Position numbers and translations under genes: made by a program. From Lingula anatina (taxonomy: Eukaryota; Animalia; Brachiopoda), in the NCBI GenBank assembly GCA_051362555.1, contig CM120640.1, positions 66,628,788-66,692,787 on the forward strand: 64,000 bases of DNA, written 5' to 3'. Under the pieces are notes generated by a model. The model was not told the origin of the DNA. It made no database searches and worked only from the letters and a program-made list of their open reading frames with translations. This document shows positions 10,361 to 21,300 of the stretch, one piece after another. Each line of letters opens with the position of its first letter. Position 1 is the stretch's first letter.

Positions 10361-13279
10361 CTGTAAAGTAGATCTTTAGAGATGCATCAGTAATAATATT
10401 TATTTTCAATAACTAATTGAATTATCGTTATTAACTCACTCAGATTTATAAAGATGTTTCTTCACAAAACATGATTCACGTTGTTATTATTATTATCTTT
10501 TAGGCCAACGGGACTTTTTCACTTCAGTGAGAGGGTAATTACGAAGAAACGCCGCTGCTACCCTATTGCCAACGTTCGCCAATTGAGTCATAGCTGGCTG
10601 ACCATGGAGAGTCCATAATAACATTGGCTAATTAAAGAACGGCATTATTTGCATAACGGTGGTAAAACGATGGTTAACGACGTTGGCGCGAAGTTGGCAA
10701 GAAGGTGGCACCGTTGGCATAACAGCGGCTAACCGCCGATAGTAATAGCTCATAACGACATTGGCCCAACGTTGGCGCGACGTCGGCAAAAGGTCGGCAT
10801 TATAGTGGCTGACCGCCGGTTATCGATAATAACGTTGGCCCGACGTTGGCGCGACGTCGGCAAAAGGTCGGCATAACAGCGGCTAACCGCCGATAGTAAT
10901 AGCTCATAACGACGTTGGCCCGACGTTGGCGCGAAGTTGGCAAATTGTCGGCATGACAGCGGCTGACCGCCGTTTATCCATAATGACGTCGGCCCAGCGT
11001 CGGTGCGACGTTGGCAAAAGGGTGGCAGACCACCGGTGGGCCGACGGCGGGCCGCCGGACACGCCGACTTCGAACCGACGTCGTCTGCCAACGTTGGCCC
11101 GACGGAGGCAAAGTCGTCGGGCCGACGTTGGCGCGACCACTCTTTGCTATCTGGGCTATGTTCTAATAGTTTAACAGTAGTTATGAATCAATTAATCGAA
11201 GCATCTATTTCAAGTATAATAAACATTAAAAGATATATTAAGTTATGTATCAAAAAATCAAAGTATCTGTTTTAAGTATTATATACATTAAAAGAAATAT
11301 AATGTAAAACTAATGGGTGATAGAGTTATTAATTCAGTTTATTTCTTGAGGTGATTTGAGGCCTGCAAGAAACTAGTACAATTAATTAATATGTTTCTGG
11401 TTATCCAAGCTCCACCTATACTCAATTTGTATGAAGTGTAACAAATTAATTATCACAATAAATAGATATACTTGCTTTAATGCATGATTAGTTTGGCATT
11501 AGTACCCATTTGGTCAGCTGTACATGTGAAGTATTTGCTCTCGCATTTCATTAAAGCTCAATGAAGTTTTAGTATCAGTTACCCGTTACATTCAATCCAT
11601 TAAAAACTGTTTTTCATTTTCAACGTCAATGTGATAATATTTGTATAACTGTCCTTTTCAATATCAAAATCCCCCAAATTTTTAAAAATTTATATGTAGA
11701 TATTTTTCAATCGCATACAAACTCTTTTTAGTATCTTAAAAATGGCAACTATATTTTGTTGTTTATCTTTTTTTTCAGCACTACCGAAACAAGATTTTCA
11801 CTTTTTTGGTGGATTTAATTTCCTTAACTATAATTTCTCTCCCAGTTTTGATATTCTAATTATTTTAAATGTCAAACCAGCTGCATCAACCCATTTTTAA
11901 ATTTTCATTAATATATATGATACAAACAAACACAAAAATAAAGAATATACAATATTGCCCATGTAGGTCAATGTCAACTACAGAATAAAAGGCAGCACGG
12001 CTTAACCCAAATATAAACAAACTTTGAAATATTGTTTCCATTACAGTTAGAGAGGAAGTCCTACATTCACAATGATACTACATCCTTGTATTTGACCTTT
12101 TACTTTTTCCCACCTGATTTAAAAATATAATAATTATCTATAAAAAATGATAACCCTTGTTTACTGCATTTCATGCAGCTTGTCAACCCCTCCCCCTTCT
12201 TTTTCCTTCCCATTCGAATGTGCTTACTCCAGCTGGTGGTACAATACCAGGAGGCGGTATCGCCTCTCTGATCCTCTAGTTTTGACCTTAAAATTGACCT
12301 TTAACCTACTTTTCACCATGAACTGAACTTTGAAAATATTTGTTCCCTTTTATCTCCAAAACTGGCAGAGATAGGTCCATAGTTACCATTGAACTTGAAT
12401 AGGAAGTCATATACTGGCAATCTAAGTGGGACCTTGAAATTGACCTTTGACCTACTTTTCATCATGAATTGAACTTTGCAGATTTTCTTTCCCTTTTATC
12501 TCCAAAACTGGCAGAGATAGGTCCATAGTTACTATTGAACTTAAATAGGAAGTCATATACTGGCAATTTACTGTGACCTTAAAATTGACCTTTGACCGTC
12601 TTTTTACTATGAACTGAACTTAGCAAATTTTCGTTCACCTTTATCTTCAAAACTGACAGAGATAGGTCCATAGTTACTATTGAACTTGAATAGGAAGTAC
12701 ACTAGCAATCTGTGACCTTGAAATTGACCTTTGACCTACTTTTTATGATGAACTGCTTTTTGCATGTTTTCTGGCCTTTAAATCTGCAAAATTGGCAAAG
12801 AAATGCCCATGGTTGCTATTGAACTTGAATAGAAATTCATATACTATGATATTGAAATTGACCTTTGACCTACTTTTTCACCATGAACTGAGCTTTGCAT
12901 ATTTTCTTGCCTCTCATATCTTTAAATCTAGCAGAGATGTCCCCATTGTTTCCCCTAGGTTTTATCTTTTGTCAGCATATATGCACCATTGACAACGTAT
13001 TTCAAGGAAAACCAATAGGCCTTTTGTCTAGAGAATACAGGAGTGATCAAGGGTATGAAAATGCAAGTCAATTCAAAAATCTGCTTGATTGTATCATTTT
13101 TAGTCATATTTTTTTGCATATTTTGAGAACTCTTGTTGATTGCATCTTATAGAGCTTGTCAAACACCAGACTGGTGATGGTGTCCCTTTTAGGAGGGGGG
13201 GGGGGGTCCATACGAATGCGCTTACTCCAGCTGGTGGTACAATATCCGGAGGCGGTATCGCCTCTCTGATCCTCTAGTT

Positions 13280-13633
13280 CTAAGAATAATTCTCAACACA
13301 AATGTACATGTTTCTGTATCTTTTACTAAACACTGTCTCTGGTTATCTTGCTGTACTGCTGTACTTCTACAACTTAAGTACTGCTGTAACTTAAACAACT
13401 GCAGCTCAACTACAATAAACTAACTGGAACTATACTGTGAAACTAACTCAAACTAAGTTGTGAAACTAAGTCTGACACTATACTCTAACTGGCCAACACT
13501 GCGTGGAGCGGCTGTATTTATACATTTCAAAAGTGGACAACCTTGAATGGTTCACTGCTACTTTGACTGGCAGGCAGAGGAAAAGTGGACGGCCTTGAAT
13601 GGTTGACCGCCAACCTCTCTACTGGACACCACA
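13280..13633 (-). mobile_element. Gypsy LTR (5' part), split by HINE A1; the remainder is probably at 4806-4885
   Basis: PPT AAAGAGGGGA followed by TGTGGTG at 13633, and TATAAATA at ~13515-13522. Across the HINE: AATAAA ... CGTACA (4806), then PBS-like TAGTGGCAG. Confidence 0.65.
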
Positions 13634-13691
13634 ATCCCCTCTTTAGTAAACTGATACCACTTACAAGCCATTCCAACTTAAGGTTCAAAGT

Positions 13692-14126
13692 TCAACAATA
13701 CACTAGCCGAATGTAAACAAAAGGCTGTAGCTTACTGCAGTAATTTTCCCATGAGTTTAAGCTATGTAAAATCATTACAATTTCCTCGAAATCACCAGTT
13801 CTACATGAATGAACATCACCGTGATGTTTACGTAAAAGCGAATTGTCCTTTTCCATCGATATGCAATACCAGCACACCAATCCTGGAGTCATATACCACG
13901 ACAAATAACAAGAGTTCACATGACGTCCAAGATGTCTACTCAGGTCAGCACTGGACACCAGACACAAACCACACTGAACTTCTTTCCTCTGTTTCTTCCT
14001 TCTGCACTTTGAGTGGGTAGCTTCCTCCCCCTCTTCACCAATTAGGACAGTAGGATCTTCCACCAGATCAGTGTCATCATAATCAGGGACAAAATAGGCT
14101 TCATCTAGCATATCTAAATTATCCAT
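13692..14126 (-). CDS. Gypsy accessory ORF3: acidic N-terminus, basic RRKKQRK patch, two C2H2-like Zn fingers
   Basis: Open frame from the ATG at 14126, just after TTTATTTCAG|AT. Contains CGLC-x10-HLGRH and CWYC-x13-HHGDVH, and lies just before the PPT. Confidence 0.6.
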   Translation of the reverse strand: MDNLDMLDEAYFVPDYDDTDLVEDPTVLIGEEGEEATHSKCRRKKQRKEVQCGLCLVSSADLSRHLGRHVNSCYLSWYMTPGLVCWYCISMEKDNSLLRKHHGDVHSCRTGDFEEIVMILHSLNSWENYCSKLQPFVYIRLVYC

Positions 14127-14613
14127 ATCTGAAATAAACTTATACAATGGTTTACTTTCTTGAATAAAAATAACATGATAGTGATCTTTTCTTTCAAATG
14201 AATATTTGCATAATATCACATTATTAATATAATTTTACATTGTATTACGTTATTAACATAGTATTACAGCATTGCCGCATTTACTACGTACACATATTAT
14301 TCAAATGAGAAGCAAAGCAAATTATTTTTATATTAAATCTCTATGAAATATTCTATCCTCAAAATATGTAATAATAAAAGAATTGTTACCTCAACAATCT
14401 CTAATCTAACTACATGCAAAACACATGCTAAACTTTAACGTATTAGTTTCAACAGTGTAACAATGTTATGTAATATTCAATTTTTTTCATGCTCAACAAT
14501 AAAATTCAAACAAATATTTAGAAAACATATACTAACTTGGACTGTTGTTTTGATCAAATCACCTGAAATATAATAGGAAGTACAAACTATAATATACTTT
14601 ACTAAATATATCT

Positions 14614-14937
14614 TTATTTTATTTTATATATATATAAATTTTTTTTTAAATAATGATATATCTGATTTCTCATGTAATAGACAATTTCTTGATATTCTTC
14701 TATTGTTATGGTATTTTTGTAATCTTCCAAATGTTCTATTAGGTAATCCAGTCCTTTCTCTTTAATAATGTTCTCTTTCCACAGTGTGCCTATGTATATC
14801 AAAATTCTTGCTTCATATAGTGTATTGGGTTTTAAGTTTTCTAGGGCAGTGTTAAATAAACTGGATGGACTTTCAATCCAATCTCTGGTCCATTCAAAAT
14901 TCTCTTCCATGATGTTTAAAATATTTGATTCATCCAT
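14614..14937 (-). CDS. Gypsy accessory ORF2, 107 aa, unknown function
   Basis: Intact ORF after TTTAG|ACCATGG (splice acceptor plus Kozak context). A homolog is at 1440-1759. Confidence 0.7.
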   Translation of the reverse strand: MDESNILNIMEENFEWTRDWIESPSSLFNTALENLKPNTLYEARILIYIGTLWKENIIKEKGLDYLIEHLEDYKNTITIEEYQEIVYYMRNQIYHYLKKNLYIYKIK

Positions 14938-15029
14938 GGTCTAAATAAAGAAATACAAAAAATTAAATTAAATTCCTTTTATTTCAGCACTGCCGAAAAT
15001 TAAAGGAAATATTTATATACAACTATATC

Positions 15030-15610
15030 TTAACTAATAAACAAAATATACTTCAATATAATCATTCTAAGGTAAAATCTCTTAAATCTCTTAATTTGTC
15101 TACCAAATCTTGATCTCTTTACAATTGGTTCCACCAATTGTGTTTCATTCAAATGAAAATCACTCTCTCTTTCAACAAATTTTCTCAATCTGTCATGATG
15201 TACCACATGGATCTTCCCCTTTTTATCTTTAATTGTATAGAGAGGTGGGGATGCTTTGACAACATCATATGGTTCTCTATTTAAGGGTCTAAGTTTCTTA
15301 CTTTCTCCCTTTTTATGACTTTCATCCCTCAAATATACCTTCTGACCACAAGTATATTCACTCTCTCTCAACTTTGCATCGTACAATTGTTTTTGACGTT
15401 TCTGCACACATTTTAATTTTTCTCTAGCCATTTCATGTGATCTATTTAGGCTTTCACTCAAGTTTTTCAACCATTCATGAGTCTCATATGGTATCAAATT
15501 TTCATTCACACAACCTGTTAGTAAGTGCAATGGCATAAAAACTTCTCTCCCTAACATCATCATGTTAGGAGTAAACCCTATGTTGATGCATTCACAGTTG
15601 AATGTAATGT
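15030..15610 (-). pseudogene. Gypsy integrase C-terminal fragment, copy 2
   Basis: Nearly the same sequence as 1883-2430 (MMMLGREV...VVHHDRLRKF...RSRFGRQIK). Confidence 0.9.
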
Positions 15611-15619
15611 AAGTTGAAT

Positions 15620-16028
15620 GGAAAATAAGACATAAGGCTTGGCAAGGCAGACAACTTCTGGTCTAAAATGATATTATTTCATGAAATTTGAACATCTGGA
15701 ACTTCTGAGCACCTACCATTTCAAGAATTTCAACCAAAATGACCTTTTCTTTATTTTAATTAATTTTTTCTGTAGGAAATTTATGGCACATTATTGTAAC
15801 TACAAAATTGTAACATTTAGTCCCTTATATCTCCAAAACTGGCAGAGATAGGTCCACAGTTACTATTAAATTTGAATAGGAAGTCACATACTGGCAATAT
15901 AACTGTGACCTTGAAATTGACCTTGGACCTACTTTTTATCATGAACTGAACTTTGCAAATTTTCGTTCCCCTTTATCTCCAAAACTGACAGAGATAGGTC
16001 CATAGTTACTATTGAACTTGAATAGGAA
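15620..16028 (+). repeat. HINE internal fragment (spacer plus ~1.4 units of the 146-bp repeat)
   Basis: Matches 52480-52890. Confidence 0.8.
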
Positions 16029-16034
16029 TAGTCT

Positions 16035-16515
16035 TCATTGTTGACACACTCTATTGTAAGTCGTAGTTGCCCAAAAAACAAAAGAAATGATGTCTCCATT
16101 ATTGACACACTCTATTGTAAGCTATAAGGAAGACAGAACTCAAGTAAGCTTCACTGTTGATGCGAGCTATTGTAAGTTATAAGGTACATTATTGTTGACA
16201 CAATCTATTGTAAGTTATAAAGTAGTCAGAAAGCGAGTAAGTCACACTGTTGACAATCTCTATTGTAAGTTGTAGTTGCCCAAAATTTACTGTTTGGAGC
16301 GTAAACCATTTAGACATATATTTGTTACGCCTGTTTGAGTACAAGGGCACTTGAGTGATCATATATGGACTGTGCCCACTGCGCGTCTTAACTGAACTGT
16401 TTGTATGGGCTCTTATCGAAGCAAACTTCAGTGCAAACGCACTTTTACCTATAAGATAAGACGAGACTGAAAATCAAAACACAAGATTTTCAAAAAAAAA
16501 AAAAAAAAAAAAAAC
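16035..16515 (+). repeat. Short tandem repeats (TTGTTGACACACTCTATTGTAAGT, ~5 copies) followed by a poly(A)-ended segment; possible retroelement 3' UTR
   Basis: Motif at ~16038, 16100, 16155, 16191 and 16247; A-run at 16492-16514. Confidence 0.45.
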
Positions 16516-16585
16516 CAAAAAATTAATTAGACTTAAAAAAAACAATTAAAAAAAGCATTGGTAGCCATAGTTACCCCTCCCTCTA

Positions 16586-16631
16586 AAACAAACAAACAAG
16601 CAAACAGACAGACAGGCAGACAGACAAACAG
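16586..16631 (+). repeat. (ACAA/ACAG)n microsatellite, left flank of the YR element
   Basis: AAACAAACAAACAAGCAAACAGACAGACAGGCAGACAGACAAACAG. Confidence 0.9.
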
Positions 16632-18321
16632 TCGAGGTTTTTAGGTCTGTTTTTCATTGTGAGGTTCTTGTTAGTACCAACCACACTTATGGGAAGCTAT
16701 CCAACTTGTGGGGCTACAAATGGATACTCCTAATGGGAGGTACTTGTGGGAGAGACCGTTTTTGTGGGACTTCTCAGGTTATTAACTTATGCAGGCTTAC
16801 CCGCTTGGATAAACTGCTTAGATGGAAAATTTACTTAACTGAATCACTCTCTTGAAATAAAGTCTATATTATCATTATTATTGTCTTGTCTAACTTGTGG
16901 CATTACCAGAGAGTAGTTGTGGTGTTTCTACATTCCACTTAATATACACTACCTTATATGCAAAATTAATGAGCGGCAAATAAATTGGATGAGAGAAATG
17001 TAGCAATTATGTGTTTCAGTAATGAGAGTAGTGCAAAAATATGCAGGTTTAAATTGTAACTATTATATTAATAAGTAACCACGCTACCATGAACTTTAAA
17101 AACAAAATTAATCACTGGGAAATGCAGAAAAAATATAATCTCCATACAGTGATTCAAAGCAAACAAATCCATTTTACACATTCACAATAATAATAATAAT
17201 ACCATTTTAATAAAAAAAGTCACTATGCTACCATGAACTTTAAAACAACAATAGTGTGAAATCGTTGAGACATTGGAGAGTTTATGTTACTCATGCTTTA
17301 TTTTAAATGTTCAGTTCAGTAACCATTCACATCGCTTATGTCAGTACAGTAAATGGACTAGTCAGCAGTTCAGCATGTCAGCATGACAGCAAGCAAGCAA
17401 GCAAGCAAGCAAGGTACATAATCTAGGAAAGAAAACAATAAATAAAATGAATAAATACATAAAGAAATAAATAAATACAGGAAACTATAATTTACTAGAT
17501 ATATTGAACATTACATTACATTAAATCGGTTATATACAGCGAGACTTGAAATTTGCTATACCTATACAATGAACACAAATGATATGAAGTTTACCTTATA
17601 ATGCAATAATCATAATTAAAACATTATATACTGAATTACAGGAAGGGTTTACAGTTGATAATTAAACCAATGCGTTCTCATATTTAACATTTATCGTATT
17701 TCATATTAATGACCACACCCTATCAGGTGCTCTATCTTATATACCTATTTTTTTCACCTTTATAATTTATACAGAAAACTTATAAATACACTATGCAAAC
17801 ACATTTGATAGTATAAACACTTACATTATGATTTCTCCCTTTGAACTGTTACAATACACTTCACTACGTTGGGAAATACGGTTAACTGCAGGAGAGACCC
17901 TTCTTGTACAGATTCTATTCACATAAAAAGGCGACATTTCAGGAAAAGTATAAAAATACATAAAATATTGCCTTTTTACGCGCCCTCTTTTCATGGTGAA
18001 AGCACAGGGTGTGATTTTCTTAAATTACATAATTACAAGGGTCCGTTGTAGTTTCATGTGGTGACACTTAAAAAGCGGGACATACAGTATTTAATGAAAT
18101 AGACAATGGCGTTACTTTGATGCCATTCCTAACTTGTAAACGCACAAGTATAAAAACTTAAGAATAAGACGTTTTTAGTCTTAGACAAATGCTCTTAACA
18201 TCTTAACACTAAAGTGTGCGGTACATAAGTCTAAATAAAACTTATTTGGTTCCCGGTCTAATTATACTTTATGCAATCGTAATTCATTCATATCTGATAA
18301 CTGAACAAGGTGAAACAATTT

Positions 18322-21300
18322 TCAACGTAACATTCGATCTATCTTGTTTTTAATTGCACTGGCAGTAAGTTTGCCAGGGTATAGGTCTTTGAATACAGCG
18401 CTTCCTCTGATTTTGGTGGCGATTTCCTTCAGACCTGGCAGCTTCTTGCGGTCAAAACTCTGAGGAAAGAGGTTTCTCAACTCATTCTCTTCTTCTTCTT
18501 CTCTCCAGTTATGCCTCTGCACAGGTTTGCGCTTCTTCCGCCCGCCTCTACTCTCTCCATCTTCTAAAATAGACAAAATGATAATTAACATTCCAAGTCC
18601 AAACTGGTTCTATCATTCTTAAGGAAAAAGTTCTCGAACCTGAGAACTAGTTGGGGCTATTCCATGTGAGATACTAGTGAATATATCATATTGATATGTA
18701 CATGACATTACGGTTATGTGCCATGAATTTCGAACAGTAGAAAATAATTAAATTTGGGAAAAGATCGTTCTGGCCGAAATTCATGAAATGGAGGTGCTCA
18801 GAACTTCCGAAAGTTCGAATTTCATGGAAATCTGTCAATTTTGACCGGAAGTTGTCTGTTCGTCGCTAGGCCTTCTGTTATCTTCTCTCGACGATCTATT
18901 TAGAGTTACCATAATGTATGATGTGTGAGTGTCGGTAATTGCGACCAAAGGTATACACGTACTTTCACCCGATCACTGTGTATGGCCCATAGATAGAGCG
19001 GTACTGTTGTTTAGGGCCGCAAAACAGCATCGTTATCAGTAGTGTCGTTTTTCAAAAGCGATTTTGGCAGCCAGAAACTAGTGTCTTTTTTCAAAAATGA
19101 TCCTGGCGCTCAGAACGGGAGTGGACGGAGGGAGAGACGGCCGACGATTAGCGTCTGCCACGGCCAGATAACCTTTACTATGGAAGCTTAGTGTTACCGT
19201 TGCTCCTTTCCGTGCACTGACACCGAGACGACAGCCGATCAGTGTCTATGGCGCACGTGCAGGTAGCCTTCATCTGCGATAAGTGTCTTCCGCGACCAGG
19301 TTCGTTGCCTTTACCGTTAAAGTCGGGCGGAACTTTACGCGCGAATGCGTCCTCATCTCGCCGTTCGCGGGTCGGTGTCTCTGATGCATACGTAGCCTTC
19401 CCTGCAGAAGCCGGCCTCAGCACTACGACCTCTCCTCCGCACAGGTAGACTTCGCCACTGCCCGGAATGTGTATTACGGTCTCTCTCCGTCGTGCGCTGC
19501 GACCAAGATGACCGCTGATTGTTGTCTGCGATCAAATATACTAGGTTTGGGGGGGGGGGGGGGTGCAGGGCCGTTTTTTTTTTTTTTTTTTTCGCTCAGG
19601 CAACCCAATCTTAACTCATTGTCCCCTGCAGTGACTGCTGCACGATCCCCTACAGCCATTAACACCAAATCTGGCCACCACCATGTGGTGGCGCCACTGT
19701 CAGCACTCTCCTATATCCCTGAGGAAATTCAATATGGCCTTTTTCTAGGTCTGTTGTTTTGTTTGTTCCAAATTTTCAGGGTTCTTAAGGCATGAAATTG
19801 GTATAATATGAAATTCTTTATAACTGGACATATTCAAAATATTGTTATTTATTGAATGGGGAAGATCAAGTCCGAATTATTTGGTCTATAAAAATTGAAC
19901 AATGAATATAAGTTCAACAACTGTTTATAAATACGGTATATAAAATATACATCATAATACTTCTTTAGATTATATCAACAGGTACAAAAAAAGACAAAAT
20001 TCTACAAAATATAATTAAAAGATGAGCATCAGATTACAAAAAAGTATATTTATTATCTATATTATGCAGTTGTGATAAGATAAGCATCAACTTAAAAATA
20101 CTACATGAACCCTGACACCTAGACATGCTTTTAGTTGTTCTTTCCACTTAGAGTCATTGTATGTTGCATATGCATTTATATTTTCCAACAAATTGTTCAG
20201 TATTTTATCAGTAAAGAACAGTTTTTAAAGTCTAGTTCGTCTTTGTCACCCGGCAGTTCATGTGTGAATCCAGGTAGTTCACCACAGAAAAGCTCCTTGT
20301 CCACCTCCCACAGATCGTTTTCCCACTGACTTCTTCTAAAATCTTCACTAATGCTGCCTAATTCACTTTCAGACTATGTCTGTAAAGTGTTATTCAAAAG
20401 AAATATAGCTCAAATTATTGCTGTCAGACTCACTGTCACTAACAAATCCCGAAAATTCAGACCCAGAGCTCTCATGAAAAATACTCTGTATTTCCTCCAT
20501 ATGTAGATTTCCCGCAACCCTCAAAATGTTTACATTTTGTTCTATAGTACTCTCCTTTTGATTGGCCAAAAGAAAAGCAACAACCAATCAGAAAATGAGC
20601 TATTTAAAACCTACCTATCAAAGTTTCTTTCTCATGCCGTCATATGAAGTCGCTAGGCAAGGGGCCCGCCATATTGGATGCCGTCATATGACGGCAGTCG
20701 GGAATGGGTACTATTAATATTACGACGTCAAATGACGACGCTCGGGATAGAAATAAGAAAACATTGTCGGCAAATGACGGCGGTAGGGGACAATGAGTTA
20801 ACCAGCAGCAGCAACTGATTTCCTGGCGCATAGTTGCGTCAATGTACGCATTTGAAAAGCGTGTACGTTTTGTCATTGAAACCATCTTCAAACAAACGCG
20901 AGAGATAGGTAATCTAGAGTAAACCGAAAAGGCAGTTTTTATATTCGTTCAAGGGACTGGAAGATCGTCAATGGGAGATAGTGAGCGATCTGAGCGCGAC
21001 AATAAGCCAATTTCCACACTAGTAGTTCATGGGACTTCGTTACTATATTCGTCAGCAAGAGATCGTCAGCGATTCGAGCAAGCATAGAAGCTTGGACTTT
21101 TTGTCCATGCTAGAAGGCAATTTTCATGTAGTCAGCAGGATATGGTTTGCTGGTTTGCGACAGGGGCGTAACCAGGCATACGCACGGATACACTGTGCGT
21201 ATATAATTTTTTGGCCAACCATGATATTATTCTTTATAAATCTAGTGTACTTTTCAAGGAATATCATCGAAAATCCCCTTCGATTATAAGTTAATGTCAC

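Larger units (their letters stand above)
7875..11155. mobile_element. Non-autonomous EnSpm/CACTA (CMC)-type DNA transposon
   Basis: Perfect TIR CCCAGATAGCAA / TTGCTATCTGGG, 2-bp TSD CT, and dense subterminal CCGACGTCGG / CCAACGTTGG palindromes at 7890-8110 and 10670-11135. Confidence 0.85.
6224..12281 (+). mobile_element. HINE element A2 nested in the tandem array of A1
   Basis: Second 5' end at ~6229 and 3' end at 12215-12281. The A1 repeat unit broken at ...GGCAATT resumes as TTGACCTTAAAATTGACC after 12281. Confidence 0.7.
4886..13279 (+). mobile_element. Helentron-associated (HINE/DINE-1-like) element A1, interrupted by A2
   Basis: 5' subTIR hairpin GTACCACCAGC-n-GCTGGCGGTAC, (CTCCGCCGG)n microsatellite, core, 146-bp repeats, 3' GCTGGTGGTAC, palindrome GAGGCGGTATCGCCTC and CTAGTT end. 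Matches the full copy at 51683-55282. Confidence 0.8.

Noticed and set aside
7775-11275. Arg/Ala-rich ORFs at both ends of the EnSpm element
   Set aside because: Artefacts of GC-rich palindromic subterminal repeats, open in several frames.
14614-14937. ORF2 as an env gene
   Set aside because: Too short, with no signal peptide, furin site or transmembrane segment.
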